From assembly GCA_964019425.1 (NCBI GenBank), contig OZ025796.1:1364001-1428000 (forward strand): a stretch of DNA of 64,000 bases. The letters are read 5' to 3'. The position numbers were made by a program, and so were the translations under genes. The notes under the pieces were generated by a model. The model was not told where the DNA came from and ran no database searches. It worked only from the letters and a program-made list of their open reading frames with translations. Source of the DNA: Flectonema sp. DT1601 (taxonomy: Eukaryota). Below are positions 21,757-37,800 of the stretch, in pieces (position 1 is the first letter of the stretch; each line of letters begins with the position of its first letter).

Positions 21757-23220
21757 ATGAATGCCGACACAAGGAGGTGTACCCAATGTACAATGCAGAG
21801 ATGTAGTGGAGCCCTGTTGTGTGCTGCTCACAAATGTCGAATGAACTGTACGAACATGAGAAGAGACATGTCAGAGTATTGCACAAATCATAAATGTAAT
21901 GCGTGCGATGCTTCAAGAGTTGGTGGAAGTGAATGGTGTCGATCACATAAATGTTTAGTTGATGAATGCCATGCTGAGAAGATTGGAGGATCAGAATATT
22001 GTGTCGCACACAAATGCGTTTGCTGCAGTGGAGTAAGAAGACAAAATACTAAATTCTGTAACGCACACATCTGTAGTCACAACGACTGTACTAGTGAAAG
22101 AGAACCAGGTTATGGATACTGCAAGATACATCACCCTCAGCCTTTAGATGTCTACCCATCTGCGCAAATCAGAGTTGGAAACTTTGAAATTAAACAACTA
22201 ATCGGGACAGGCAGCTTCTCTCAGGTACGACTCGCCTCCAATCTCGAGACGGGACTTCAAGTTGCTGCGAAGATTGTAAATTCATCGACTTTGAGACAAA
22301 TGCAGTGCGAGGATCTTCTTTGTTCTGAAATATCACTGCTGGCTGGATTGCAACATACTTCTATAATGAGACTTCAGACAGCATTTAGAACAGCGAAACA
22401 CATCATTCTCGTTGTTGAATCTCTCGGTGGAGGAGAACTCTTCGAACTTATTTCAGCGAATGGAGTCCTCCCCGACGACAAAGCAAAGAAACTATTCAGA
22501 GACCTCTGTAAAGGTATCGCATTCCTTCATTCAAAGTGTATTGCTCACAGAGATATTAAACCAGAGAACCTCATTCTGTCTGAATCTGGTCAGCTAAAGA
22601 TAGCAGATCTCGGATTCGCTACCGTCCAATATCCTGAAGTAGGAAGTGTTAAGGAAGCTCTAGGGACTCCAGAATATCAAGCACCTGAAGTTAACAAACA
22701 AAGACAATACAATGGATTCAGAGCTGATATGTGGTCTTGTGGAGTAGTTTTATTTACGATGGTTGAGGGAGTACTTCCCTTTGATGGTCAAGATGATGAA
22801 GCACTCTTGCTTTGTATTAATAAGGGAGTTCAAGTATCGACTACTGTGAGTGAAGGACCAAAGGAATTGATAATAAAACTACTGTCAATGGATCCCCGAA
22901 AAAGACCAACAGCAGCTGAACTTCTTAACTGTGAGTCCTGGTGGTCGTTTGAAGCTGACCGAGAACTTGCTGAGGAAGCCTCAAGCTCCCTTCCTCCAAA
23001 GTTAACAATTTCTTGTTTAAATGATCTGACTTTAGTGTCTTCAGAGAATGAGGGAATGCTACTCACTACATCACATTCAAAGTGGTCATTTTCTAACCTT
23101 CTCGAAGAGGCTGCTGATTTCATCGGCAACTTTGGTCTGGCTACCCCAGCAGCACCAAACAAACCACTTCCCCAAAAACAACTTGTCAGACCACAAAATC
23201 GTTGGAGACGTGGGAGGTAA
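21757..23220 (+). CDS. CAMK/SNF1-like Ser/Thr kinase with N-terminal Cys/His zinc-finger repeats
   Basis: Kinase motifs GTGSFS, VAAK, HRDIKPEN, DLG and GTPEYQAPE, preceded by about six C..C...CxxH repeats. Confidence 0.9.
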   Translation: MNADTRRCTQCTMQRCSGALLCAAHKCRMNCTNMRRDMSEYCTNHKCNACDASRVGGSEWCRSHKCLVDECHAEKIGGSEYCVAHKCVCCSGVRRQNTKFCNAHICSHNDCTSEREPGYGYCKIHHPQPLDVYPSAQIRVGNFEIKQLIGTGSFSQVRLASNLETGLQVAAKIVNSSTLRQMQCEDLLCSEISLLAGLQHTSIMRLQTAFRTAKHIILVVESLGGGELFELISANGVLPDDKAKKLFRDLCKGIAFLHSKCIAHRDIKPENLILSESGQLKIADLGFATVQYPEVGSVKEALGTPEYQAPEVNKQRQYNGFRADMWSCGVVLFTMVEGVLPFDGQDDEALLLCINKGVQVSTTVSEGPKELIIKLLSMDPRKRPTAAELLNCESWWSFEADRELAEEASSSLPPKLTISCLNDLTLVSSENEGMLLTTSHSKWSFSNLLEEAADFIGNFGLATPAAPNKPLPQKQLVRPQNRWRRGR

Positions 23221-25329
23221 CATTGGTGGGGATCTCTTTCGTAGACTGCGCGTATCCTCCTGGTGATTATGTTCTCATGCTTCTTAAATCTATTTATTTT
23301 TTCTTTCCCGAGTGGAAAAAAAAAAAAAAAAAAAAAACTGTTAAAAAAAAAACTGACTGACCCGCGAGTCGGCACTACTCTCTACCTTCCATCACATCTC
23401 TGATGTATTATTCGACAACTAGCATCAGTGTGGTGGATTTGTTCCTATTTTTTTTTTTTGTTAGCAAACAGTTTTTTTTGATCGAACACATTCAAATGAT
23501 ATTAATTTTCATATTAATAAACAAGCAAACCGTGTTTTACTAATAGATGAGTTTGTTAGATACTATTTTCCCTATTTTTTTTTGCTGTTGTTGGCTGTTG
23601 GTCTTCAGATAAAACTAAAAATATTTCTTTTTTTTTTTTTTTTTCTTTCACACCCTTTCTTATAAGTCTGTATGGATTAAGGGTTTCGATTTTTCTACTT
23701 TTTATATTCAACAGAATAGTACATAAGACTGGGGCTTGTTTTTTTTTTTAAATTTTATTTTGTTGTTCAGTTTATTGCAGTCTCTCAAACCAACTAAACC
23801 CTTCTATTTGATTTTTACTCTGACAGTTACGTATTTGTGTTGTGGGTGCTGTCAGTGAGAGTGCCATTTTCTATTTCGTTAAGCCTCCTTGTATTGGTTT
23901 CTGTTTTTTTTTAATAAGCACGCAGAGCTATGTTTGGTTCGCTATTCTTCGAACTCCCACTTCTATCCAAGTGTGGTATAAGAAATTTCTAAGTTTTTCG
24001 TTTTTTTTTTTTTTTTTTCTTTCTTTCGTTCCACTGAAATAAAAAGGTAAATTGGGATTCGTTTTCCTCGGCTGCGTTTTTTGGAGTTTCCTCTCCCAAA
24101 TGTCGGCTGTTTTTGGAATCTAATATTTCAGTTTTTTTTTTTTTTTTCGTTTTCATTCTGCTAAATTCTTTCTGCTCTGGCTATCCTTTAACCAACGTCT
24201 GCTCTTGAGAATGAGTGGCTGGAGAGCTACGGCGCGTCGAAATAACTTTTAGAGTCTTTGTAATGCCATAATAATTCAGCTTTCATTTTCAAAGGAATTT
24301 TTCTTACAAACAAAAAAAAAAACAGCGCAATGCAATGTTCCTTCTGATGGGAAAAAAAAAAAAAAAAAAATGAAGAGAAGGAAAAAAAACTTCAGTCGGT
24401 TGATATATAACGCATATATTTACTATTTATATTTATTATTATTTTCTAATGATTTTGTAAAGTTTTTTTTTTTTTTTTTTTGGTTTTCAATCTGCGGCAT
24501 CTATTTAATCTTTTAGTTGGTTGTGGTCACCCCCCCCGTTGGTACTCTCGAGGTATATGGATTACTCTCGAAACCTAATAGTTACTTTAAAAGGCTAAGT
24601 TACGCATCACTGTATTTAAAACTAATGTTAAATTATCGTTATGTTGTTTATGATACAACACAGTTGTAATTTTTACAAAATCGAACATACAACCCCCCCC
24701 CCCTTTGGTACTCCAAGATGTTAATCAACTTTGAGTCTACTGCTCTCTTAGTTTAATATTATCCCCCACTTTCAAACACAATTACTCAAACAATCCATTG
24801 CTAAATATTCGGATATGGCTACGGATTGGGTCCTCTGTTACTGTGAGTTACCCTCTTAGAGCACTCATAATATACAGTAACGTTGGATTATAAAACTATC
24901 TAATCTTTTGATTAACTAATAATTATTAATAGTAACCTACTGTAATGGTAACCTGCAGTGGTGATCATATTTATATTTAGTTTTTTCGGGGGAAGAATTT
25001 CCTTATTTGGAGTTTTTGCCTCAGTTTTTTCCTAGAGTTTGCTCTCTGACTTTTCGATACCATACGTGAGGCAAACATTACTCTTGTTGAGGTGTAAAAT
25101 CATATTATGCTTTCCCCAAGTAGTACAACTGTCGTGTATTTGTTGAGTTTCTATTTATGTTTCGAGGTTATATATTTTTTTATAAAAGGTTTGGTTATTG
25201 CGGGGGGGGGGGAAACATTAGGGGGGAAAAAAAAAAAACAGACCCAAAAAAAAACTTTGTTTTTTTCGATATTTATAAACAGCTCCATAAATTGACTAAA
25301 CAACAATTGGTTTCATTTTTTTTTTTTTT

Positions 25330-25446
25330 GCACCGACGAAGTCGGAGAAGAAACTATTTCAGATTAAAGAGCCGTTATTTATTATGTCGGGTTATCTGCG
25401 CCAGTAAAGCTAGCTGCGATCAACAAAATATAAGGCTTATCTGAAT

Positions 25447-25450
<4 letters not shown>
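25330..25450. repeat. Dispersed structured element, copy 1 (copy 2 at 30310-30425)
   Basis: Both copies have the hairpin ccgac-RAA-gtcgg and the stem ttcagatt..agagc / gcttatctgaatg, set between poly-T tracts. Confidence 0.65.
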
Positions 25451-25478
<28 letters not shown>

Positions 25479-26384
25479 CGTGTCATCAGTGTGGAATGGT
25501 ACTTTTTGAGTTAAACTCTTTTTTTTGATAAAATACATCCATCTCTTTATGTATGTTAAGAATATTAAGCACTAATCAGTGAGAATGGAAAGTCACTTTC
25601 GCCCCCCCCTTTAACTTCCACAAACACAAGGAATTCCTTTACCTTTTTAGGCTTGTTATTTACATATAGAATGAGATCAGACTTTTTTTGGTGATGAAAC
25701 ACTGTTAGAAAATTAAATTTATTAGTCGACTTTGCTTGATGATGAATTATTTTTTTTTTATTGAAGTGTAAAAAAAAAAAAAAAAAAATACTTTTGTGTT
25801 TTATGATAAAGTTTTCATTAAGTTATCTAAAGAACCAGACCTGCTTGCTTGCAGCATTACTTCCAATATATGTGTACCGAAAAAAAAAAAAAATAAAAAA
25901 ATAATACAAACAGCGGTAATACTGAGACCTGTTGTAAGTAACGTTTTTCACTACCTTTATTTGCCCCTTTTTGTTTCCCCCTTTTAAAAAAAAAAAAAAA
26001 CTTTTTTGTCTCTTAAATCACTACTTCCTCTAGTGCCACCGTTATGCGCAGTTTTTACGAAAGCTCTACTAGCCAATCAAAAAAAATGGGTTTTATTATA
26101 TAATAGCGCACAATTGACTTCCTACTGTGCCTTTTTACATAGTAATTCAAATCTTGATGAAAATACTCGCTGTGATTGGTGATGTTATTTATTGTTTGAT
26201 TGGTTTTCAGTATTCACAGAAACAGATGATTGCGGTAAGTGTGATGCGTGTGTCAAGTTTGTAGTATTTGTTTGGTGTGTTTCGAGTTACTTTTATTTTT
26301 TCACAGTCCACACTCAGTCCTTCTTAGACCGTCTCAGTCTCACTAGCTGATGACATGCTGAGAGGTTAATTAACAAAAAAACTA

Positions 26385-28400
26385 ATGGGAAATTGTTGTA
26401 CCTCTTCGTCTGAAATCTCACTGTTAGATAATGTGTCGAGTTCTTCTGATCCGACACCATTTCGGGAACCTTTGAATGCGGTTACTGTGGGAGGTGGGAC
26501 GGCTACTTTTTACAGCGTTCGGTACAAGACAGGCAGCCTTCCACTTGGGAAGACAGAACAATATTGGATTGCGAAGGATCTTTCTCATGCGTTAGATGAG
26601 CGAAAGTTTTATGAACGAGTTAAACTCTTGAGTCCGTTTTCACGGAGTTGGTCTCTTTTAAAATTCACTTTCGAGTATGGAGGAGTTCACTCCCTCGTCA
26701 CAAACTGTAATGGAAATATTAAACCTATGAACCATCTCCTCCTAAGGAATGCACTTGATGGTGATAAGAAGAATAGATTACTCGATATTAAAATTGGAGA
26801 AGTTACTGCCGTTGGAGGTTGGCAAGGGAAGAGTAGACTCAGAGCTATAAAGAATCGAATGGTTGACCAGGCGAGTAATAGTTCTGTTGAAGGGTTTCGT
26901 GCTGAAGGTTTTACTAATCCACCTGACGGATTGGAAGCTATTTTAGAATCGGATCTGCACAACCGAAGACTTGCGATGCAAAAACTTCCAGCAGCTGAGT
27001 TGTTTTCGTATTGGTGTTGTCTTCCGTGTGTTGATTTCGTTTCCAGTTCTCACTACACCCCTCTTGAAACTTCGTTTCTTACTGTTCGTTCAGCTCTCAC
27101 ATCTTTGATATCTCTGTTGTCTAGTGCTAGTGAGATTCCAATCCCTCAGCAGTGGATAGGATCAAGTATCGGGTTATTTTATGATGTTGGATCACTTCCT
27201 CTTTTGAGTAGTACTCCAGAGCAACTTCGTGATCTCGCGTCTGTTAAAATATTCGACTGGGGAAGGTCAGAACTCACAACACCTGAACAGTATCGATGCC
27301 TGTCCTCATCAAAACAAAAGACCAGACGACAATATTGGAATCAATGGTGTGATGGTACTATTCGTCTGTCTTTCGAAGCGGCTCGATTTTTGAGGAACCA
27401 ATTTTGCCCTGCAAGTGGTCGTTGGAGAACATTAAAGTTTCAGATTTGGTCACACAACAGAAACTCAACAGTATCACCAATTCAGGGAACAGTGTTGGGT
27501 GTCGCAAGTGTCGACCTCAGTTCGATTCCGATTGGAGAGTTTTTTGATTTGGAATTGGCAGGTCGCAACACAGTAATTAAGACTGTCGGTAAAACAACAA
27601 ATGTGATCCGAAATACTTTAACCTTAACATTTGGAGGTGAGGCAACACCAACAGCACTCCGCGTGAAGGTTGACGTCGCTAAAGGAGAATCGAAGATATT
27701 TGAAACAACATACAAAGTAACGGTTCACAGCGCTACATCACTTCCAAAAGCGGATGTCATCGGATGGTGTGATCCAATCGTAAGTATTAAGATGATTGAT
27801 GAGAAGGGTGCTGCTGCTACTGCCAGAACATCTGTTCAGAGAAATACTTCCTCACCAGTTTGGAATGAAACATTCGAGTTTGGGATCGCACAAGCTGCTC
27901 ACATGAAATCAAAAGAGTTAGTTCACAACACTTCGATAATAAAAGGATTGCCTCTTTCAGAAGGAACTATTCATGACTGGGATATTCTTGAGCTTTCTGC
28001 TAGTCACACCAAAGAACAAATCAACACTTTTAAAGAAACTTTCTTCAAACCAACGCTAAGTAGTGGATTAGAAATATCTCCTCCAGACCCTCCTTCGAGA
28101 ATAGACACGGCATCTGAAGTCGGAACTTGTTTAAGTACCTCTGGAGAGGAGATATTGTATTCCCCGTCCTCTCTAAGCTCATCGTATAACAGACTGACAT
28201 CACCGATATCCAGAGGAGGGAGGGGTTTGCATCTGGCTACGGATCCTCCACATTTCAAAAAGTCCCACAGTTTCCCATCAAATTACAGCTATGGGGGGAA
28301 GTATGCGATGGGACGTGCGTATCCGAGGTCACCGTACACTCCTGTTACACCTTCTTACCCTTCTTACCCTTCACCTCGTGGGTTTCATCAAACTTATTAA
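26385..28400 (+). CDS. Inositol polyphosphate kinase-like protein with a C2 domain; probable N-myristoylation/palmitoylation
   Basis: IPK motifs LLDIKIG, GFRAEG, SSIGLFYD and IFDWG. C2 motifs VHSATSLPKADVIGWCDP...PVWNETFEF. The N-terminus is MGNCC. Confidence 0.8.
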   Translation: MGNCCTSSSEISLLDNVSSSSDPTPFREPLNAVTVGGGTATFYSVRYKTGSLPLGKTEQYWIAKDLSHALDERKFYERVKLLSPFSRSWSLLKFTFEYGGVHSLVTNCNGNIKPMNHLLLRNALDGDKKNRLLDIKIGEVTAVGGWQGKSRLRAIKNRMVDQASNSSVEGFRAEGFTNPPDGLEAILESDLHNRRLAMQKLPAAELFSYWCCLPCVDFVSSSHYTPLETSFLTVRSALTSLISLLSSASEIPIPQQWIGSSIGLFYDVGSLPLLSSTPEQLRDLASVKIFDWGRSELTTPEQYRCLSSSKQKTRRQYWNQWCDGTIRLSFEAARFLRNQFCPASGRWRTLKFQIWSHNRNSTVSPIQGTVLGVASVDLSSIPIGEFFDLELAGRNTVIKTVGKTTNVIRNTLTLTFGGEATPTALRVKVDVAKGESKIFETTYKVTVHSATSLPKADVIGWCDPIVSIKMIDEKGAAATARTSVQRNTSSPVWNETFEFGIAQAAHMKSKELVHNTSIIKGLPLSEGTIHDWDILELSASHTKEQINTFKETFFKPTLSSGLEISPPDPPSRIDTASEVGTCLSTSGEEILYSPSSLSSSYNRLTSPISRGGRGLHLATDPPHFKKSHSFPSNYSYGGKYAMGRAYPRSPYTPVTPSYPSYPSPRGFHQTY

Positions 28401-28839
28401 ATAAAATGAAATTGGAGAGTTCCAATTTCATTTTTTTTTTTTTTTTTTTTTTTAAATATTTTTCAACGTCGTGGTAGTTGAGGTACATCGAAGTACCCAA
28501 AACATTATTGAGTCTTCAGTCAACATCTTGTTAATCATCTTTCACTTAAATAACAATACCAGCTGTCTACCAAAATTTTACTATTTTCCTGCAGCTTACG
28601 ACGAACCTCCCACTTCTGACTGCAATTTCATTTGTGGTTTTGTTTTCTATGAGAACTTCATTAACGTTTTCGTTTATTGTTCTTTACTTGTGTTTGCCTA
28701 ATTGTTAATAATCCGAAGACACATTGGGGTTATGTTATTCCCGAGACCTCTTTATACATTATCGTCTTGGAACAGGTTTCTGTATTCCCACAATCAGTTC
28801 TATTGCGAAATGCCTGATCGCTGCGAGTCTTTTTTTTCC

Positions 28840-28871
<32 letters not shown>

Positions 28872-29711
28872 CTTATGATTTTTGAGTATACGTCGTTTAC
28901 GTACTAATAGATTTGAGTAAGATCTTATGATCCATCCAAACCTTGAATTCGGTGAACATTTAAAGAGGGCGAAACCTTCTTCAATCAAACATCAATGAAT
29001 ACGATATTCAGTATGTTGTTGGTGTTGTAGAACTGCGCTGTATTATCAAACCATCACCAAACCCTCATTGCGAAGTACTGTCCGAGTCGTGCTCAGCGTC
29101 TGGACCGATAGAACTCTTTCGTATTTTGGTGATAATTTTAGTGAAACAATAGTCACAAGAGAGAGTGTTTCTTGACACTCAGTCAAACTAATTTATGATT
29201 CACGTAGTCAGAGTGGTACCTGCTCAATCCTTCCCTCCTACTTGAATCTTGTTTTAGTGTCGTTTTTTATCACTCCCTTTTTTTCACAGCAGACGTGTCT
29301 TTCTGCTACGCTGTTTCTTTACAGTTCAGGTATTGACGTTGTATATTTTCTTTGAGGGGGAGGGAAAAATCTTTTTTGAATACATTCGGCTATTCTTATC
29401 GTTTTTCTTCCTCTCTTTTGTATAATTATTTTTGTGCAGCCGTTATTTCTGATTTCTGGACTCTAAATTGAAATGTTAAGTTATTTTATTATTTTTTTAA
29501 TCTAACTAACTTCATTATCCGTTTTTGATTTGTTTTTTTAGTATTAGGGGATTCTTATCGAACAGGAGGGGGAAAAAAAAAAAATAAATAAAAATAACTG
29601 GTCGTATAGGAGTCACGTTGTATTCATTCCCTGATCTCTTTCATTGGGTGAAAAAAGTTTCCGGACCAAAAACCAGACCAGGTTTTTAATAATGAATTTA
29701 TTTGAAATTAA

Positions 29712-29742
<31 letters not shown>

Positions 29743-30309
29743 ACAAGTCTTTGAAGAAATGAATCAAAGAAACGAAAGTCTTGTTAGCCACTGCTGGTGT
29801 TTCGAACCGGGTTCCTCACTGCGAGAGCATCTGTCTACTTGTGAACTGTTTTCTTGTGAAAAGTTACCCACAGCTTTACTTTCGCAATAAAATAATCTGA
29901 ATATTGTCTTACGTAATGAGTACAGTCTGCTGACTAACTACACTGAGGGACTCTGGTGCATTACAGCAGGTAACATAGACCAGACTATTATGAAAAGTAA
30001 TATAACTAAAGAACACAATAAAATCCTAAATTATTTTTTTTTTCCCCCTTCTGTCACGATTTTCCCGTATTCGGATACTTTATGTTGCGGGTTTTGTTTT
30101 CTGAACATCGAAGGTCGCTTTCACTAGCACTGCCTGTTTTTTTTTTTATTAAATGATTTCGTTTTCGTGGCCATGGCAGCATCCCTACGCTGTGATGATG
30201 GGGAATAAAGTGGCTTAAGTGCCCACAGGAAATTAATAGACATTAAGCCCTCGTTGGGTGCTGCTGTGCCATAAGAGAGCTGACACTTTTTAAAAAAAAA
30301 TTTTTTTTT

Positions 30310-30425
30310 GTACCGACAAAGTCGGTAAAAAAAACAAGAAAAAAAAAAACCATTCAGATTAAGAGCTATTTTCCCTGTGCAGTCGGCATTACTGCACTTA
30401 CAATTAATAAGCTTATCTGAATGCG
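30310..30425. repeat. Dispersed structured element, copy 2
   Basis: taccgac-aaa-gtcggta hairpin, then a cattcagatt...atctgaatg stem enclosing gtgcagt-cggcatt-actgcac. Confidence 0.65.
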
Positions 30426-30933
30426 TTTTTTTTTTTTTTTTTTTTTTTTAAATACGATCGGTCCATTTCTAGTTTGTTCTGATTTTTTTTTTTAAATTTC
30501 TTTTATTCCGTTTTTTTTTTTATATAAATAAAGAGCGTTTACTTCATTTGTTATCGGTATTTGCGTTTACTTTTTTTGGGAGAATCTACCTGCGGTGTAT
30601 TAATGACTTTTGTGTTAATATGTTCGCCAGTTTTTCCAACCACGAAGCATACCTTTACCTTCAACACACTGAAAGGTAGAAACGATAATATATTAGTCTT
30701 TCTTTCTTCTTGTTTTGTTGCAGTTTGTCTCAGATCAGAACCAGACTCAGTTAATACGTATTCTTTTTATATCGAAATGCAGCCATCGGTAACGGGGTAG
30801 CTCTTCAGTTTTATCGAACGAAATAAACAAAACGAATTATGCGATTTCGTAAGCTCACTGAGCTAGTAGTCTTTTAGTTGTTTGCTGTCGACTGTTTGGT
30901 TATGAAATCTAATTTAAACAGATTTATCACAAC

Positions 30934-34394
<3,461 letters not shown>

Positions 34395-34853
34395 AACCCC
34401 CTCCCTAATGGGAGAGTATTTTAGATATTTCACTGGATTTTTTTATTTATTTTATTTTATTTATTTTTTATTTTAGAGGTCAAAGGAACCTCGCAGACAT
34501 AATTATTATTTTAAATTAATTTTCTCAAAACTAGTAACGTATCCACGGAATCTCTTGTGTGGCAAGAAACTAGTTTTTCAAAATTAAGATTACCGTCGTT
34601 ATATTAATTCCGTTCTTGCTTTTCTGTCAGCTTAGTTTGTAAGGAAACAAGAACGTGTTTTATTTTCTTCACCTTTTATTTGGGAAGGGTCTTTAGAACA
34701 ACATGATAAGGAAAGAGTTCCTTTTCATTTCCGATCACTGGGCCTTTTCTTTTTGGTAGTCAAAACGCACCGTTAGACCTATCGTTTCGAAGGTCCTCAG
34801 GATACTGTTATTTATTTTCACTCTTCTTCCCTTCACAGATTTCATTGAACCAA

Positions 34854-37800
34854 ATGCTTAGCAGGTTACTTCTCGCAGGGCTTCTCATTGCAGGCAGTGG
34901 AGCCCTCATCGCAGCCCCTCCTGCTGGATGTGCTGCCACACTCTGCACAGTGGGATCAATTTGTGTTGAAGACGAATTCGGTCAAGCCTCGTGTATTGAG
35001 AACCCCTGCAACGTTAAGGAATGTCCTCTATTCAAAAACAAGTGTGTTGTGAAAGATGGTAAAGCTATTTGTGTTGAGGAACAACCAGCTGGATGTGCTG
35101 CAACAACCTGCATAGTAGGATCAATTTGTGTTGAAGACGAATTCGGTCAAGCCTCATGTATTGAGAACCCCTGCAACGTTAAGGAATGTCCTTTCTTCAA
35201 AAACAAGTGCGTTGTGAAAGATGGTAAAGCTATTTGTGTTGAGGAACAACCAGCTGGATGTGCTGCAACAACCTGCATAGTAGGATCAATTTGTGTTGAA
35301 GACGAATTCGGTCAAGCCTCGTGTATTGAGAACCCCTGCAACGTTAAGGAATGTCCTTTCTTCAAAAACAAGTGCGTCGTGAAAGATGGTAAAGCTATTT
35401 GTGTTGAGGAACAACCAGCTGGATGTGCTGCCACACTCTGCACAGTGGGATCAATTTGTGTTGAAGACGAATTCGGTCAAGCCTCATGTATTGAGAACCC
35501 CTGCAACGTTAAGGAATGTCCTCTATTCAAAAACAAGTGCGTTGTGAAAGATGGTAAAGCTATTTGTGTTGAGGAACAACCAGCTGGATGTGCTGCAACA
35601 ACCTGCATAGTAGGATCAATTTGTGTTGAAGACGAATTCGGTCAAGCCTCATGTATTGAGAACCCCTGCAACGTTAAGGAATGTCCTCTATTCAAAAACA
35701 AGTGCGTCGTGAAAGATGGTAAAGCTATTTGTGTTGAGGAACAACCAGCTGGATGTGCTGCAACAACCTGCATAGTAGGATCAATTTGTGTTGAAGACGA
35801 ATTCGGTCAAGCCTCGTGTATTGAGAACCCCTGCAACGTTAAGGAATGTCCTTTCTTCAAAAACAAGTGCGTCGTGAAAGATGGTAAAGCTATTTGTGTT
35901 GAGGAACAACCAGCTGGATGTGCTGCCACACTCTGCACAGTGGGATCAATTTGTGTTGAAGACGAATTCGGTCAAGCCTCGTGTATTGAGAACCCCTGCA
36001 ACGTTAAGGAATGTCCTTTCTTCAAAAACAAGTGCGTCGTGAAAGATGGTAAAGCTATTTGTGTTGAGGAACAACCAGCTGGATGTGCTGCAACAACCTG
36101 CATAGTAGGATCAATTTGTGTTGAAGACGAATTCGGTCAAGCCTCGTGTATTGAGAACCCCTGCAACGTTAAGGAATGTCCTTTCTTCAAAAACAAGTGC
36201 GTCGTGAAAGATGGTAAAGCTATTTGTGTTGAGGAACAACCAGCTGGATGTGCTGCCACACTCTGCACAGTGGGATCAATTTGTGTTGAAGACGAATTCG
36301 GTCAAGCCTCATGTATTGAGAACCCCTGCAACGTTAAGGAATGTCCTTTCTTCAAAAACAAGTGCGTTGTGAAAGATGGTAAAGCTGTTTGTGTTGAGGA
36401 ACAACCAGCTGGATGTGCTGCCACACTCTGCACAGTGGGATCAATTTGTGTTGAAGACGAATTCGGTCAAGCCTCGTGTATTGAGAACCCCTGCAACGTT
36501 AAGGAATGTCCTTTCTTCAAAAACAAGTGCGTTGTGAAAGATGGTAAAGCTATTTGTGTTGAGGAACAACCAGCTGGATGTGCTGCCACACTCTGCACAG
36601 TGGGATCAATTTGTGTTGAAGACGAATTCGGTCAAGCCTCGTGTATTGAGAACCCCTGCAACGTTAAGGAATGTCCTTTCTTCAAAAACAAGTGCGTCGT
36701 GAAAGATGGTAAAGCTATTTGTGTTGAGGAACAACCAGCTGGATGTGCTGCCACACTCTGCACAGTGGGATCAATTTGTGTTGAAGACGAATTCGGTCAA
36801 GCCTCATGTATTGAGAACCCCTGCAACGTTAAGGAATGTCCTTTCTTCAAAAACAAGTGCGTTGTGAAAGATGGTAAAGCTATTTGTGTTGAGGAACAAC
36901 CAGCTGGATGTGCTGCAACAACCTGCATAGTAGGATCAATTTGTGTTGAAGACGAATTCGGTCAAGCCTCGTGTATTGAGAACCCCTGCAACGTTAAGGA
37001 ATGTCCTTTCTTCAAAAACAAGTGCGTTGTGAAAGATGGTAAAGCTATTTGTGTTGAGGAACAACCAGCTGGATGTGCTGCAACAACCTGCATAGTAGGA
37101 TCAATTTGTGTTGAAGACGAATTCGGTCAAGCCTCGTGTATTGAGAACCCCTGCAACGTTAAGGAATGTCCTTTCTTCAAAAACAAGTGCGTCGTGAAAG
37201 ATGGTAAAGCTATTTGTGTTGAGGAACAACCAGCTGGATGTGCTGCCACACTCTGCACAGTGGGATCAATTTGTGTTGAAGACGAATTCGGTCAAGCCTC
37301 ATGTATTGAGAACCCCTGCAACGTTAAGGAATGTCCTCTATTCAAAAACAAGTGCGTTGTGAAAGATGGTAAAGCTATTTGTGTTGAGGAACAACCAGCT
37401 GGATGTGCTGCAACAACCTGCATAGTAGGATCAATTTGTGTTGAAGACGAATTCGGTCAAGCCTCGTGTATTGAGAACCCCTGCAACGTTAAGGAATGTC
37501 CTCTATTCAAAAACAAGTGCGTCGTGAAAGATGGTAAAGCTGTTTGTGTTGAGGAACGACCAGCTGGTTGTGCAGTAGTGCAATGCCCCAAAGGAATTGA
37601 TTGCACTGAAGACGATGCTGGAGTAGGACACTGCAGTGAAGAAGAAGAACTCGATGTCAGGGGGTACTACTTGCTTAAACAAGATCAAAGAAGGTGTATC
37701 GACCCACTCTGTGGTGGTTACTGGATTACAAAAGTCAACAGGAGAAAGATGCGATGCGCTGATGGCATTAGAAAGCCGAGCTGCTACATCGCTGAGTTTA

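Noticed and set aside
23400..25300. Coding potential in the long AT-rich gap
   Set aside because: Only short homopolymer-driven ORFs are present, consistent with UTR or intergenic DNA.
29783..29840. tRNA gene on the minus strand (GGTTCGAAAC T-loop/B-box-like motif)
   Set aside because: I could not build a convincing cloverleaf. At most it is a decayed tRNA-derived relic; tRNAscan-SE would decide.
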